From an uncultured Candidatus Saccharibacteria bacterium (lineage in GTDB: Bacteria; Patescibacteriota; Saccharimonadia; Saccharimonadales; CAIOMD01), in contig OY970318.1 in the NCBI GenBank assembly GCA_963716565.1, positions 385,934 to 449,933 of the forward strand: a stretch of 64,000 nt of DNA, written 5' to 3'. The number at the start of each line of letters is the position of its first letter. Positions within the stretch are counted from its first letter, which is position 1. A program made the translations under genes and the position numbers. The notes below the pieces were generated by a model, which ran no database searches, was not told the DNA's origin, and saw only the letters and a program-made list of their open reading frames with translations. Shown here piece after piece: positions 22,684 through 33,295 of the stretch.

Positions 22684-23433
22684 TTAGCCTCTAAATACAA
22701 AAAGCGCTAAAAAGGCTACCCCGTTTTTTAGCGCGTGTAAGCCCACACAAACCCATAAGTTCTTAGTTTTTTCGTATAAGAAAATCATCACCATCGATAA
22801 TACAAATACATCCACGCCCACATTCCACTGAAAATGCACTACCGCAAAAAGCACGCTGGCAAAGATCGCGGCCAATAATTTTGGCCACTTTTTAGCTAAG
22901 CCCCTGTAAAGGAACCCCCTAAACAACATCTCTTCGGCCAGTGGCGGCAAAACAACTAACCCAATGAATGCCAAGCCAAGCTGCCAGCCATTAGCTGTTT
23001 GGTAGCCAATTTCCTGAGTCTGTTCTAGATCAAATCCTGGAATCAACTGCGCCAGCGATAACATCGCTATCAAAGCGGCATAATACATTATTGCCCCTAA
23101 AACCATCCAGCCAATATCGGAATTTTTTAATTTATTAAACCCTAGTTCTTTAAAACTGCTTTTACGATGTTTTAAGAATAGCCAAAGAACAGTTAATAAG
23201 GTTGCCGACGAAATGCCGGTTAAAGCTAAGTTCAACCAAGGTGAACTGTTTAAGAGCGTCTGGATATCTTGGCCACGATTTACCGCCTGAATAATTACAA
23301 ATGGCACAAACATGATTACCACTGACGCAATGTAAGCCAAAACCGAAACTACTATTGAACCTAGCGGACCCCACTTTAGGCTAGATTTATCTGCCACTTC
23401 TATCGTTTCTTCGGTTGACTTTATTTTGTTCAA
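22684..23433 (-). CDS. CPBP (Abi/Rce1-like) intramembrane glutamic protease
   Basis: EEMLFRG, FAVVH, HALKN motifs. Confidence 0.9.
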   Translation of the reverse strand: MNKIKSTEETIEVADKSSLKWGPLGSIVVSVLAYIASVVIMFVPFVIIQAVNRGQDIQTLLNSSPWLNLALTGISSATLLTVLWLFLKHRKSSFKELGFNKLKNSDIGWMVLGAIMYYAALIAMLSLAQLIPGFDLEQTQEIGYQTANGWQLGLAFIGLVVLPPLAEEMLFRGFLYRGLAKKWPKLLAAIFASVLFAVVHFQWNVGVDVFVLSMVMIFLYEKTKNLWVCVGLHALKNGVAFLALFVFRG

Positions 23434-23446
23434 AATTTTCCCCTAC

Positions 23447-24604
23447 CTATAAGAATCGCTTTACGTCAACCACTGTTATTAAAATAAATAGTGCCATTAA
23501 AGCCATAAAGCCAATTCCATGTATCAGATCTTCAGTCTTTGGCCTCAAAGGCTTCTTAAATAATCTAAATAACAACGTCACAAATATTTTGCCACCGTCT
23601 AGCGCTGGTATCGGCAAAATATTCATTATAGCTAGCGACAAACTTAAAAGCGCAATTACAAATAAGGTAAACTCATAACCTAGTGTTTCGCCCTGTCGTA
23701 AGATGACAAAAATGCCAACTGGCCCCGAAACGTTTTGGCCGGCCGCGCTGGCATCTTCTTTGGCCTGCTGGCCGTGGCCAGTTACGGCGTTATATAAAGC
23801 TTTGCCCAGGTTGCCCAAAGCCGAGCCAACGCCTTCTAAAGTTAAGCCCGTAAACTGGGTCATAGTTCCAACGGCAACAACCGGAGCCGACCACGTAGCT
23901 TTGGCCAAGGCATATTCACTTGTACCGACACCTAAATAGCCTTTTTGCTCGCCAGCGGCAATACTAGCTTGAACTTCTGCTTCGCTTAACAAGGTGATAC
24001 TTTTTGATTGGTACTCTTTGTCTCTAACATAACCAACCTCAATAGTTTGACCAGCATAATAAGCCGTAGCTTCTAGCAATTGGTCTCGCGTTTTAACATT
24101 CTTCTCGCCAACTTTATTTATTTTATCGGCGATTTTTAGCCCAGTTTTTTCGGCTGGCGAATCTTTATCAACATAATTAACAATTATCTCTTGTAGAGTA
24201 ATTTTGCTATCACTACTAACCCTAAACTGATTTTCTACAACTTGCGGCATCCCAATTACTGACACAATCGTGAATACTACGAAAGCAACTATAAAGTTTG
24301 CCGTTACACCAGCTAACAAAATCCGCATCTTGGCTGGTAACCTGGCCGCACCATACGCACCCTTTTGCTTATCGGCATCGTGTTCGCCTTTTAACCTAAC
24401 AAAACCGCCCAAAGGCAATAAGTTGTAGGAGTAATAGCTCCTAAATATCCCCTTGCCCATCGTGCGCCCATAAATTTTTGGCGGAAAGCCAAGCCCAAAT
24501 TCTTCAACTTCTACTTTATTGCGCTTGGCTACTAAAAAATGACCATATTCGTGAGCTATTACCAGCAGAACAAACAATAAGATACCGATAATTAATAACG
24601 TCAT
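23447..24604 (-). CDS. rseP: RIP metalloprotease RseP (M50)
   Basis: HEYGH, PDZ domain, NILPIPALDGG. Confidence 0.93.
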   Translation of the reverse strand: MTLLIIGILLFVLLVIAHEYGHFLVAKRNKVEVEEFGLGFPPKIYGRTMGKGIFRSYYSYNLLPLGGFVRLKGEHDADKQKGAYGAARLPAKMRILLAGVTANFIVAFVVFTIVSVIGMPQVVENQFRVSSDSKITLQEIIVNYVDKDSPAEKTGLKIADKINKVGEKNVKTRDQLLEATAYYAGQTIEVGYVRDKEYQSKSITLLSEAEVQASIAAGEQKGYLGVGTSEYALAKATWSAPVVAVGTMTQFTGLTLEGVGSALGNLGKALYNAVTGHGQQAKEDASAAGQNVSGPVGIFVILRQGETLGYEFTLFVIALLSLSLAIMNILPIPALDGGKIFVTLLFRLFKKPLRPKTEDLIHGIGFMALMALFILITVVDVKRFL

Positions 24605-25303
24605 CTAAGTCCCAAACCTTCTCTGCCGATTGGCGTATTCATTTATTACTTCATCTAGATCGGTTTCGTTAAAATCTGGCCACATTTTATCTACAAACAT
24701 CAGCTCGCTATAAGCTGCCCGCCACAGCATAAAATTGCTTAGCCGTTTTTCGCCCGAAGTTCTAACAATAATATCCATCGGTGGTATTTCTGGGTAATAC
24801 AGGTTGTCGGCCACAGTCTGCTCTGTGATCATTTCGCCCCCTACGCCACTATTAATTATTTTTTTAACAGCTTCAACAATTTCTAGCTGCCCTCCATAAT
24901 TAAAGCATAAGCTAATCGTAATCTTTTTATTATTCTTAGTTTTATTTTCGGCATTATTAATCATTTTTAGAACGTTTTTATCAATATTTTTTCGATCGCC
25001 CAAAAAACATATTTTGGCACCAGCTTGATCAAATTCTTTTAAGTGCCTCTTTAAACCTTCAATCACTAGCCTCATTATAGAGCCAACTTCGGCCTCGGTT
25101 CTTTGCCAGTTTTCGGTAGAAAACACGTAAACGCTTAGGTACTTAACACCCCGCTCAATGGCATGCAAGGTAACTTTTCTTAAAGCTACAGCGCCTTCTT
25201 CGTGGCCCACGTTAACACTAACATTATGCTGCTTGGCCCATCGCCGGTTGCCATCCATAATAATTCCTATGTGTTGAAGTAATAATTTGTTCATTTTTAC
25301 CAC
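24605..25303 (-). CDS. uppS: Undecaprenyl diphosphate synthase
   Basis: HIGIIMDGNRRWA, FSTENW, RTSGEKRLSNF. Confidence 0.96.
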   Translation of the reverse strand: MVKMNKLLLQHIGIIMDGNRRWAKQHNVSVNVGHEEGAVALRKVTLHAIERGVKYLSVYVFSTENWQRTEAEVGSIMRLVIEGLKRHLKEFDQAGAKICFLGDRKNIDKNVLKMINNAENKTKNNKKITISLCFNYGGQLEIVEAVKKIINSGVGGEMITEQTVADNLYYPEIPPMDIIVRTSGEKRLSNFMLWRAAYSELMFVDKMWPDFNETDLDEVINEYANRQRRFGT

Positions 25304-26394
25304 TTTCTTTCAACAGAATACTTAACAATTTCGGAATAAAATCCCCTTAGCTCTTGAGGCAATTGAGAACTCTCTATTACCTTTATGGCCTTTTTTGCCG
25401 CCAGTTTTGCTTCGTTTTCAACCCTATCTTTTGCACCGCATTTTTCGATTATCAGCTTAACTTTTTTGAATTCGTCTTCGGTCAATTTTGGGTTACCAAG
25501 TTGCTTTTTTATTACCGCCTGCTCTGCTGGTTTGGACATTTTCATTGCGTAAAGTATTAACAGGGTTCTTTTGCCCTCTCTTAAGTCATCCATATTTGGT
25601 TTGCCGGTAGTTCTGCTATCACCAAACATACCCAGAATGTCATCTTGTAGCTGAAAAGCCAAGCCAGCCGAAAGCCCAAACTCCACTACCGTATTTAAGA
25701 GTTCTTTATCATTACCGCCTGCTAATGCCATACCCATCTGAATTGGATTTATAAATGTGTAGTAGCTACTTTTGGCTTCATATACGTTGTGCACCGTTTG
25801 CTGGCTAGGCATTGTTTTGCCGTTGCCAGCTATTAGGTCGTCGATTTGGCCATAACAAGTAATGATTATATTTTTATGCAGTGCTTTCAGTGTCTGCCTA
25901 ATCCGATCATCGGTTTCACCACAATTAAGAACCAGATCATTAGCTAAATGCTGAGCTAGCGAACCAACGCTAACAGCTAGCATATTGGCTAGATGTAACC
26001 GCTTAGACTTTGATACCGAGTTTAATTGTGTTAAATATAGCTCGTGTACCGTTGGCAGGCCGCGACGAAAAGCTGAACAATCCATAACATCATCAATAAT
26101 CAACAAATAATCCTGAATCAGCTCTAAAGCAACTGCCAAATCGGCTCCAACTGATTCTAATGGCTTATCACTCATCTGGTTATAGGTGTGCCAAGCTAGC
26201 GCACCACGTATTCGCTTGCCGGGGCCATTACTAAACCTAGCCAACAGCTCAATAGCTTCTAGGCTATTTTGGGATACAGATTTCTTTTTATAATCTTTAT
26301 AGTAGCCATTGAGTCTGTCTTCTATGGCCTCATCTATCAAAATTTTATAGTGGCTTAAAATTTTAACCGTTTTAATATCGGTATCTTTTGTCAT
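25297..26394 (-). CDS. Trans-polyprenyl diphosphate synthase (FPP/GGPP synthase, IdsA-like)
   Basis: GKRIR, DDVMD..RRG, GQIDD, FQLQDDILG, DDLREGK. Confidence 0.92.
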   Translation of the reverse strand: MTKDTDIKTVKILSHYKILIDEAIEDRLNGYYKDYKKKSVSQNSLEAIELLARFSNGPGKRIRGALAWHTYNQMSDKPLESVGADLAVALELIQDYLLIIDDVMDCSAFRRGLPTVHELYLTQLNSVSKSKRLHLANMLAVSVGSLAQHLANDLVLNCGETDDRIRQTLKALHKNIIITCYGQIDDLIAGNGKTMPSQQTVHNVYEAKSSYYTFINPIQMGMALAGGNDKELLNTVVEFGLSAGLAFQLQDDILGMFGDSRTTGKPNMDDLREGKRTLLILYAMKMSKPAEQAVIKKQLGNPKLTEDEFKKVKLIIEKCGAKDRVENEAKLAAKKAIKVIESSQLPQELRGFYSEIVKYSVERKW

Positions 26395-26413
26395 ATATCA
26401 CCTAATTAGCGAC

Positions 26414-26977
26414 CTAGACGGTCAAGATATCTTTTTCTTTATCAGATGCCAAGGCATCAACTTGCTGCTTATTTTTGAACATTAGATCTTCAATTTGTTT
26501 TTCGACTCGCTTGTAGTCGTCCTCGCCCATTTGCTTATCGGCCTTGGCCTTTTTGGCCACATCTAAGATTTCGTGCCTGACGTTTCTGGCGGCAATCATA
26601 GCTTCTTCAACCTTTTCGCCCAATTGCTTAACAATTTCTTGGCGGCGCTCGGTACTTAGTGGTGGAATTTGGATTCGCACTACTCGGCCATCATCCATCG
26701 GGTTCAATCCCAAAGTCTGGTCTTCGCGGATAGCATCGCTTATAACGCCAATATTTGTTGGGTCGAAGGGGGTAATTTGTAGCAACTGGCCCTCTGGGGC
26801 ACTTACGGTTGCCAGCTGCTTTAAGGGCATCAACACGCCATAAGCCTTTACCAATACACCGTCAACCATAGCTGGATGAGCGCGACCGGTACGTACTTTT
26901 TTTAGCTCTTCTTCAAAATGAGCTTCTACTTGGGCCAGTTTTTGTTTTACGTTTTCAACGATTTGATTAGAATCCAC
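26414..26977 (-). CDS. frr: Ribosome recycling factor
   Basis: RTGRAHP, IPPLSTERR. Confidence 0.96.
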   Translation of the reverse strand: MDSNQIVENVKQKLAQVEAHFEEELKKVRTGRAHPAMVDGVLVKAYGVLMPLKQLATVSAPEGQLLQITPFDPTNIGVISDAIREDQTLGLNPMDDGRVVRIQIPPLSTERRQEIVKQLGEKVEEAMIAARNVRHEILDVAKKAKADKQMGEDDYKRVEKQIEDLMFKNKQQVDALASDKEKDILTV

Positions 26978-27012
26978 TCGGCTTCCCTCTTTAAAAGTAC
27001 CTCTATTGTACC

Positions 27013-27047
27013 AAAAAACCGGCCAGTATTACTACCGCCGGTTTTTT
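27013..27047 (-). terminator. Intrinsic (bidirectional-type) terminator after tsf
   Basis: AAAAAACCGGC...GCCGGTTTTTT hairpin. Confidence 0.8.
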
Positions 27048-27065
27048 ATTCAAAATTGTTATTTT

Positions 27066-27665
27066 TTAGTTAACTTCACCGAGGGCGACGCGAGAAAAGC
27101 GCCTAACTACGATGTTTTCGCCAAGCTTGGCAATAGCTTCTTTTACATAATCACCCACTGTTTGGTCAGGGTTCTTTATGTAGGGCTGATTTAGCAAACA
27201 AACTTGATCGTAATATTTAGCCATCTTGCCTTCGGCGATTTTTTCTAGCATTTCGGCTGGTTTGCCGGTACTTTTTAGTTCTTCTAGAACTAAAGCTTTT
27301 TCTTTTTCGACTGCCTCTTTTGGTACATCTTCTGGGGTAACATATTGTGGTGCACTAGCAGCAATATGCAAGGCAATATTGTGTACATACTCTCTAAAAA
27401 GTTCATTACGAGCTACAAAATCGGTTTCGCAGTTTACTTCTAAAAGTACACCAATGCGATCGCTGTGTACGTAAGCGTCAACCACACCACTGCGAGCTTC
27501 ACGTTCGGCTCGTTTGTCGGCCTTAGCTAAACCTTTAACGCGCATCGCTTCTAGCGCTTTGTCAAAATCGCCACCATTTTCTACTAAGGCCTTTTTGGCA
27601 TCAGTTATGCCTACGCCAGTTAATTCGCGTAATCTTTTGATAGTTTCAACTGTAATTTCGGCCAT
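27066..27665 (-). CDS. tsf: Elongation factor Ts (short form)
   Basis: LRELTGVGITDAKKAL, EVNCETDFVA. Confidence 0.96.
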   Translation of the reverse strand: MAEITVETIKRLRELTGVGITDAKKALVENGGDFDKALEAMRVKGLAKADKRAEREARSGVVDAYVHSDRIGVLLEVNCETDFVARNELFREYVHNIALHIAASAPQYVTPEDVPKEAVEKEKALVLEELKSTGKPAEMLEKIAEGKMAKYYDQVCLLNQPYIKNPDQTVGDYVKEAIAKLGENIVVRRFSRVALGEVN

Positions 27666-28397
27666 TTATTTACCCTCCCCTTTATTATCCTCTACCTTCT
27701 TAGCCCTGGCTGATTTGCCAGCTTCGATAGCATCTTTAATATAATTAGTAATCAAATTAATGGTTTTTATAGCGTCGTCGTTAGCGGCAATTGGATATTC
27801 GATTTTAGAAGGATCAACGTTGGTGTCAACGATAGCCACAATTGGCACGCCTAAACGGGTAGCTTCACGAATAGCTGTAGCTTCTTCTATAGCATCAACC
27901 ACAAACACGGCTCCTGGCTTACCTGGCATCTCTTTTATGCCGCCAAAAATAAAGTTCATGGCGTCGATTTGTTCTTGGAAGCGCTGAACTTCTAGCTTGT
28001 TATATTTATTAGCTAATTCACCACTAGCCATTTTGGTTTCTAAGTCTTTAAGTTTCTTAATGCGACCGCTAATGGTGTTAACGTTAGTCAAAGTACCGCC
28101 TAGCCATCGCTCTACAACGTATGGTTGGCCGGCAGCTTCGGCTGCAGCCTTAACTAGGTCTTTGGCTTGTCTTTTGGTGCCAACAAAAAGCACTTGCTGG
28201 CCTCTGGCAACTACACCTTCGACAAACTTCATTGCCGTCTCAATCTGCTCAACGGTTTTTTCTAGGTTAATAATGTGAATGTCACCCCTGCGGCTATGAA
28301 TGAAAGGTGCCATTTTAGGGTGCCAACGGCTAGTTTTGTGCCCAAAATGAGCACCAGCTTCTAGCAAAGCTTTAATATCTACTACGTTTGTAGCCAT
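27666..28397 (-). CDS. rpsB: 30S ribosomal protein S2
   Basis: LLEAGAHFGH, RWLGGTLTN, ANDDAIK. Confidence 0.97.
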   Translation of the reverse strand: MATNVVDIKALLEAGAHFGHKTSRWHPKMAPFIHSRRGDIHIINLEKTVEQIETAMKFVEGVVARGQQVLFVGTKRQAKDLVKAAAEAAGQPYVVERWLGGTLTNVNTISGRIKKLKDLETKMASGELANKYNKLEVQRFQEQIDAMNFIFGGIKEMPGKPGAVFVVDAIEEATAIREATRLGVPIVAIVDTNVDPSKIEYPIAANDDAIKTINLITNYIKDAIEAGKSARAKKVEDNKGEGK

Positions 28398-28418
28398 TTA
28401 TATATCCTTTTCTTCTTC

Positions 28419-28460
28419 GTTTGGCAGTCACCCCGAGCGGGGAGGATATCTCTACCAAAC
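28419..28460 (-). promoter_or_regulatory. Structured rpsB 5' leader (probable S2 autoregulatory element)
   Basis: On the minus strand GTTTGGTAG pairs with CTGCCAAAC around an inner CCCCG-CT-CGGGG(T) hairpin that contains GGGU. Confidence 0.55.
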
Positions 28461-28487
28461 TGAATCGTTAATTATTAAATCTCTGCT

Positions 28488-28516
28488 ATATTATCAGATT
28501 AGCCAAATATGTTCAA
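28488..28516 (-). promoter_or_regulatory. sigma70-type promoter of rpsB-tsf
   Basis: TTGAAC-N17-TAATAT on the minus strand. Confidence 0.6.
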
Positions 28517-28548
28517 GGGGTAGCTACTATTTACTAGACTGCGCACCC

Positions 28549-28577
28549 TTGACTAAAAGCCTCAAAACACCTATACT
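28549..28577 (+). promoter_or_regulatory. sigma70-type promoter of rpmE2
   Basis: TTGACT-N17-TATACT, ending 11 nt before the ATG. Confidence 0.7.
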
Positions 28578-28588
28578 AGCCCGAGCTT

Positions 28589-28933
28589 ATGAAAAAATCT
28601 ATTCACCCCGACGATTACCGCTTGGTTGTGTTCGAAGACTTGAACAACGGCCAGCGTTTTATTACTCGCTCAACAATCAAAACCACCGAGACAATCAAGC
28701 TCGAAGATGGTAAGGAATATCCGCTATCTAAAATCCATATTTCTAGCGCCAGCCATCCATTCTTTACTGGTCAAGAAAAACTGGTTGATATTGAAGGCCG
28801 TGTTGACCGCTTTAAAGCCCATCAAGCTGCTGCCGAAAAAGCCCGCCTATCCAAAATAGAAGCCGCCAAGAAAAAGAAGCCTGCACCCAAAGCCAAAAAA
28901 GAAGTTCCTGGCGATATTCTCGTTAGCAAATAA
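28589..28933 (+). CDS. rpmE2: 50S ribosomal protein L31 type B (Zn-free)
   Basis: [33 protein letters not shown]; no Cys; K/A-rich tail. Confidence 0.93.
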   Translation: MKKSIHPDDYRLVVFEDLNNGQRFITRSTIKTTETIKLEDGKEYPLSKIHISSASHPFFTGQEKLVDIEGRVDRFKAHQAAAEKARLSKIEAAKKKKPAPKAKKEVPGDILVSK

Positions 28934-28981
28934 CTCTACAAGCCATATATCTCTAATAGATTAAGCCTGTATACTATTAAT

Positions 28982-30037
28982 ATGGAAGAAAAATACGCCC
29001 CTATCCAAGCCGAGTACAACGAGCTAAAAGAACGCCTTCAAGACAAAGATGTTTATAGCTCGCCAGATTACATAAAACTAGCCAAGCGCTTAAGCCAGCT
29101 AGAAGATATAGTTGCTTTATTCGAAGAACAAGCCCGCTTAAAGCAACAATTAGCCGATGCCATTACTTTAATTGATAGCGACGACGAATTATCCCAGCTG
29201 GCCCGCCAAGAAAAATCTCAGCTTGAAACCCAACTATCAGAGATAAACACCAAACTCGAAGAGTCATTATTGCCCAAAGACCCTAACGATTCGCGTGATG
29301 CTATTATCGAAATTCGAGCCGGAGCCGGTGGTGACGAAGCCAGCTTATTCGCCGGCGAGCTATACCGCATGTATGCCCGTTACTGCGAAATTAACAAGCT
29401 AAAAGTCGAGCTGGTCAGTGAAAGCGCTAACGAAAGCGGCGGGTTTAAAGAAATAATTTTTGCCGTGCGCGGTGATAGCACCTATAAAACATTCAAGTTC
29501 GAAGCCGGCGTACACCGGGTCCAGCGCGTTCCAGTTACCGAAAGCCAGGGCCGGATTCACACCAGTACCGTTACGGTGGCTGTTTTGCCAGAGGCCGAAG
29601 AATCAGACATTGTTGTTAGCCCCAGCGACTTACGCATAGACGTTTATCGCGCTAGTGGCCATGGCGGCCAAAGTGTAAATACAACCGATTCGGCCGTTAG
29701 AATTACCCACTTGCCCTCTGGTTTAGTTGTTACCTGCCAAGACGAAAAGAGCCAAATTAAAAATAAAGATAAGGCTATGGGGGTATTACGCTCTCGCCTT
29801 TTGGCCCAAAAAGTTGAAACCGAGCAACAAAAGCTGTCGCAAGACCGCCGCAGATTAATTGGCTCTGGAGACCGCAGCGAAAAGATTCGTACTTACAACT
29901 TCCCGCAAGATCGCATTACCGACCATCGCATTGGTTATAGCCGCAGTAACATCCCTGGCGCCTTAAATGGTGAGATTCAAGATTTAATCGATAATTTACA
30001 GTCCTTTGAGCGCCAGCTTATTCAGCAAGAAGTTTAA
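28982..30037 (+). CDS. prfA: Peptide chain release factor 1
   Basis: [13 protein letters not shown] motif, [15 protein letters not shown]. Confidence 0.97.
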   Translation: MEEKYAPIQAEYNELKERLQDKDVYSSPDYIKLAKRLSQLEDIVALFEEQARLKQQLADAITLIDSDDELSQLARQEKSQLETQLSEINTKLEESLLPKDPNDSRDAIIEIRAGAGGDEASLFAGELYRMYARYCEINKLKVELVSESANESGGFKEIIFAVRGDSTYKTFKFEAGVHRVQRVPVTESQGRIHTSTVTVAVLPEAEESDIVVSPSDLRIDVYRASGHGGQSVNTTDSAVRITHLPSGLVVTCQDEKSQIKNKDKAMGVLRSRLLAQKVETEQQKLSQDRRRLIGSGDRSEKIRTYNFPQDRITDHRIGYSRSNIPGALNGEIQDLIDNLQSFERQLIQQEV

Positions 30038-30038
30038 T

Positions 30039-30845
30039 ATGACTATTGGCAAGTGGCTTAAAAGCGCTACTAACAAATTAAAATTGGCTAATATATCAAG
30101 TGCCCGCCTAGACGCCTTACTACTGCTAGAGTATGCCCTAAAGTTTGACCGTTCCCACCTATTAGCCCATCAAGATTCCAGTATTAAGCCAGGGCCACTT
30201 TTAGTGCTTAACCGACTACTAAAAAGGCGCCTAAAATATGAACCAATAGCCTATATAAGGGGCTTTTGCGAATTTTACGGCCGTGAATTTGTAGTTAATA
30301 AAAACGTACTTGTGCCTAGACCGGAATCCGAAGATTTCATTGAATTGCTCAAAAAGACACCCCCAAAGCCAGCCCAAAGATTATTAGATATTGGCACTGG
30401 CAGCGGCATCTTAGCCATTACCGTAAAGCTAGAATTCCCCAGTTTACAGGTTTTTGGCAGCGACATATCTAAAAAAACTATTAAGGTTGCGACTGTTAAT
30501 GCTAAATCCCTAGGCGCAGATGTAAAGATTGCTAAGGCCAATTTAATGGGCAAGTCTTTTGGCAAATGTGACTATATTCTGGCTAATCTACCCTACGTGC
30601 CAATCGGCTACGAAGTTTCGCCAGCGGTTAATCACGAGCCCCGTAGAGCACTTTACGGTGGCAAAGACGGCCTAGATTTAATCAGAACTCTCGCGCCATT
30701 GGCCCACAAACATCTTAATAATGGCGGCTATATCCTTTTAGAGTCTCTACTTGAACAACAAGCGCAAATCAAAATTATCTACCAGCAGGTCGGTTTTAAA
30801 TTCGTCGCTAAAAGCACTCTTGTTCAGTGTTTCCAAAAAATCTAA
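30039..30845 (+). CDS. prmC: Release factor glutamine methyltransferase
   Basis: EPIAYI, VLVPRPESE, DIGTGSG, NLPY; follows prfA. Confidence 0.93.
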   Translation: MTIGKWLKSATNKLKLANISSARLDALLLLEYALKFDRSHLLAHQDSSIKPGPLLVLNRLLKRRLKYEPIAYIRGFCEFYGREFVVNKNVLVPRPESEDFIELLKKTPPKPAQRLLDIGTGSGILAITVKLEFPSLQVFGSDISKKTIKVATVNAKSLGADVKIAKANLMGKSFGKCDYILANLPYVPIGYEVSPAVNHEPRRALYGGKDGLDLIRTLAPLAHKHLNNGGYILLESLLEQQAQIKIIYQQVGFKFVAKSTLVQCFQKI

Positions 30846-30876
30846 CGGGCAAATGTTTAATTGTATAAACACTATC

Positions 30877-31626
30877 TTAGATTGTTTTGTCTTGCCAGTC
30901 CGAAAAAACAATAATAACTAGCAGCAAAACCGTAATAATGCTTAAAAGCTGCCGCCTTAATGCCGGGGTCAGCTTACTCTTGGCGTGAAAATAATACATA
31001 GCCGCTAATCCGTAGCCCAAAACGCTTAGCACTAAGGCTATTTGCGGCAAAAACAAATAATCTATAGCCCAATGCCCTAATATCCAAGCCATTATCATGC
31101 CAAACCAACCCCAGATGTTGGCAATGACTGATGTCATTGGTTCTTCAAAGGCACTAAGTAGGTGGCGAGCCACGGCGTAACATATTAACCAAACTACAAT
31201 CATGCCAATTAATATTGAGCTATTGGGAAACGCCCGGTAATAGCCTATTAAAGCCAAAACTTGAGCTATCAAAGCCTGGATAACAACCATAAGTGGCCTT
31301 GACTGTTGTTTTAGCCAAACCAGCCAAACCATATACAAGGCGGCCCAAACAGCTTGTATGTACCAAGTTCTGGTGCCGGCCATAAAAGCGACCGCCGAAA
31401 GCCCAATAAAGATATCTACCAAATTTGCCCGAATGTTCGACACCCAGTAGCGCGGTTTTACGGCCAACATTCGCCACTTGGCTAGTAGCACCATTACGGC
31501 AGCGATAATGACTAGATCTAGCCTAATAAAAACAATCAGCACAATCGGCAATAAGGCGTTCAATAGAATATGAAAAGCGTAAGACAGGCCGGATTCCGGT
31601 TTTAATCTGTATAGTAGTTTACTCAT
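30877..31626 (-). CDS. Hypothetical polytopic membrane protein
   Basis: About 8 hydrophobic segments; KWRMLAVKPRYW motif; start lies 2 bp from the LCP gene's stop. Confidence 0.75.
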   Translation of the reverse strand: MSKLLYRLKPESGLSYAFHILLNALLPIVLIVFIRLDLVIIAAVMVLLAKWRMLAVKPRYWVSNIRANLVDIFIGLSAVAFMAGTRTWYIQAVWAALYMVWLVWLKQQSRPLMVVIQALIAQVLALIGYYRAFPNSSILIGMIVVWLICYAVARHLLSAFEEPMTSVIANIWGWFGMIMAWILGHWAIDYLFLPQIALVLSVLGYGLAAMYYFHAKSKLTPALRRQLLSIITVLLLVIIVFSDWQDKTI

Positions 31627-31628
31627 GG

Positions 31629-33221
31629 TTAGGGTCCAACAACAATTATAAAGTCTGCCTGGTAAGTATCCAAAGGCAGGCCTTCAACATTAGCCACTGC
31701 TTCGGTGTTATAGCGTAATTCCATGTATCTTACAGTATACGGCTTTTGGCCATTGGTTTTATCTATAACTTGAGTAGCAGTTACGCTAACTGGCGCATCG
31801 GCCACCTGGATAACATTGTAGCCATAGCTAGTTAGCTCATCGGCCTTCTGCTGAGCCAAACCATATTCGGTAGTACCATTTAGCACAATTATTGATGGGT
31901 TTTCTTTGGTTATAAAACCATCTTTTAGCTTTTCGCGCACAAAAGCTCTTACTTCGTCATAGCCATTTATTGGTGCTGCGCTACCGTTAACAACCTCTTC
32001 ACCTTCATCCGACAATGTGTAGTTTTTGATATTTTCAGGGCTAACATCTTTTATAAAGTTATAAACTTTCATCATATCGTCAATCGATAAGTTAGTGCGC
32101 ACCCGATCCCCAAAAGCATCTAATAATCCCGAGATTTTTAGGGGGTTGGCAAATGTGCCAATTGATATAGCTTTGTCTTTTATTGCCAGCAACACTGCTT
32201 GCTGATTTTGGCCACGGCTTAAATCGCTGTTAGCTGCCGAACCATACAAACCGTGCCTAGAACGAGCATATGCCAAGGCCATCCCTCCATCAAGCTGATG
32301 GGAACCCGCTTCTAGATAAAGTGGTTGACCGCCAATTATCATCACTCCGTCATAATAATCTTCGGCTAGCGTAATGGTTATGCCGCCTAAAGTATTAACA
32401 GCCTCTTCTAAAACTGTAAAATCCATCATACCGTAGTAATTTATTGGAATGCCCATATACTCTTCCACTACCTCGGTGAGTTTATTTAAGCCAGCCATCT
32501 CGGCGGCATCGTTATCGTCGGGATTTTCGTTGAGCGCTCTTAATTTTGCTTCTACATAAATCGCATTAATTTTTGTAGACCCAAAATCAGTATCTACCGG
32601 GAAGTCTCTTGGTATGCTCAACAACCCTAACCCCTTATTAATAGTATCTAGGCTAACGATCATTAAACTATCAGTAGCGTCCGGGCCACCTTCGTCTGGC
32701 CTGCCCGTGCCCGGCTTGCCAATAAGCAATATGTTCACTCGGCCATCACCCTCTCCGGTAAGTAAGTTCGGATCAAAATTAGAATCAAATGCTAGGGCCG
32801 TACCACCGCCCTGGAAGACCTTGTGAGCATTCCACCAAGCCTTGCCAAATAGATATCCGCCAGTCAATAAAACGGCTACTACTACAATTAGAACCATTCT
32901 TGCTACAATCTTAAACACTTTGCGAGTGTTCTTAACTGGAGCCACCGAGTTGGTTGGGCGTGCTTGTCTGCCCTTACGCCCAAAACGTCGGCTGGGGGCC
33001 GCATTAACTTGAGCATACTGGCTAGTTTCGGTTAATTTTGGTGACATTCGGCCCCTAAATCCTTCTGGTTTATTAAAATCATCCAACCTATTACTGCCTG
33101 GTCTCTGCATTTGCCCACTAAAACCATCGGTACTACTTGAATTTAACGGTTTTCTGGGACCCGACACTAAAAAGCCCTCTATGGACTTCGGTTGTTTTGA
33201 ACGGTTTATGAATCTTGTCAT
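31629..33221 (-). CDS. LCP (LytR-CpsA-Psr) family protein with LytR_C domain
   Basis: TM, NILLIG, TDSLM, LSIPRD, KINA, ALAYARSR; C-terminal VLNGTTEYGLA. Confidence 0.92.
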   Translation of the reverse strand: MTRFINRSKQPKSIEGFLVSGPRKPLNSSSTDGFSGQMQRPGSNRLDDFNKPEGFRGRMSPKLTETSQYAQVNAAPSRRFGRKGRQARPTNSVAPVKNTRKVFKIVARMVLIVVVAVLLTGGYLFGKAWWNAHKVFQGGGTALAFDSNFDPNLLTGEGDGRVNILLIGKPGTGRPDEGGPDATDSLMIVSLDTINKGLGLLSIPRDFPVDTDFGSTKINAIYVEAKLRALNENPDDNDAAEMAGLNKLTEVVEEYMGIPINYYGMMDFTVLEEAVNTLGGITITLAEDYYDGVMIIGGQPLYLEAGSHQLDGGMALAYARSRHGLYGSAANSDLSRGQNQQAVLLAIKDKAISIGTFANPLKISGLLDAFGDRVRTNLSIDDMMKVYNFIKDVSPENIKNYTLSDEGEEVVNGSAAPINGYDEVRAFVREKLKDGFITKENPSIIVLNGTTEYGLAQQKADELTSYGYNVIQVADAPVSVTATQVIDKTNGQKPYTVRYMELRYNTEAVANVEGLPLDTYQADFIIVVGP

Positions 33222-33295
33222 TGTTTTTTAGATTACTCAATTATAGCAAAAACTCGCACAAAAACTTTAAGTTTAGTTTACAATGTATCCGTATC

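Noticed and set aside
30853-30870. parS-like TGTTT...AAACA inverted repeat
   Set aside because: It is 18 bp with an AT-rich centre and lacks the CACGTG core of the 16-bp parS; more likely a weak terminator between convergent genes.
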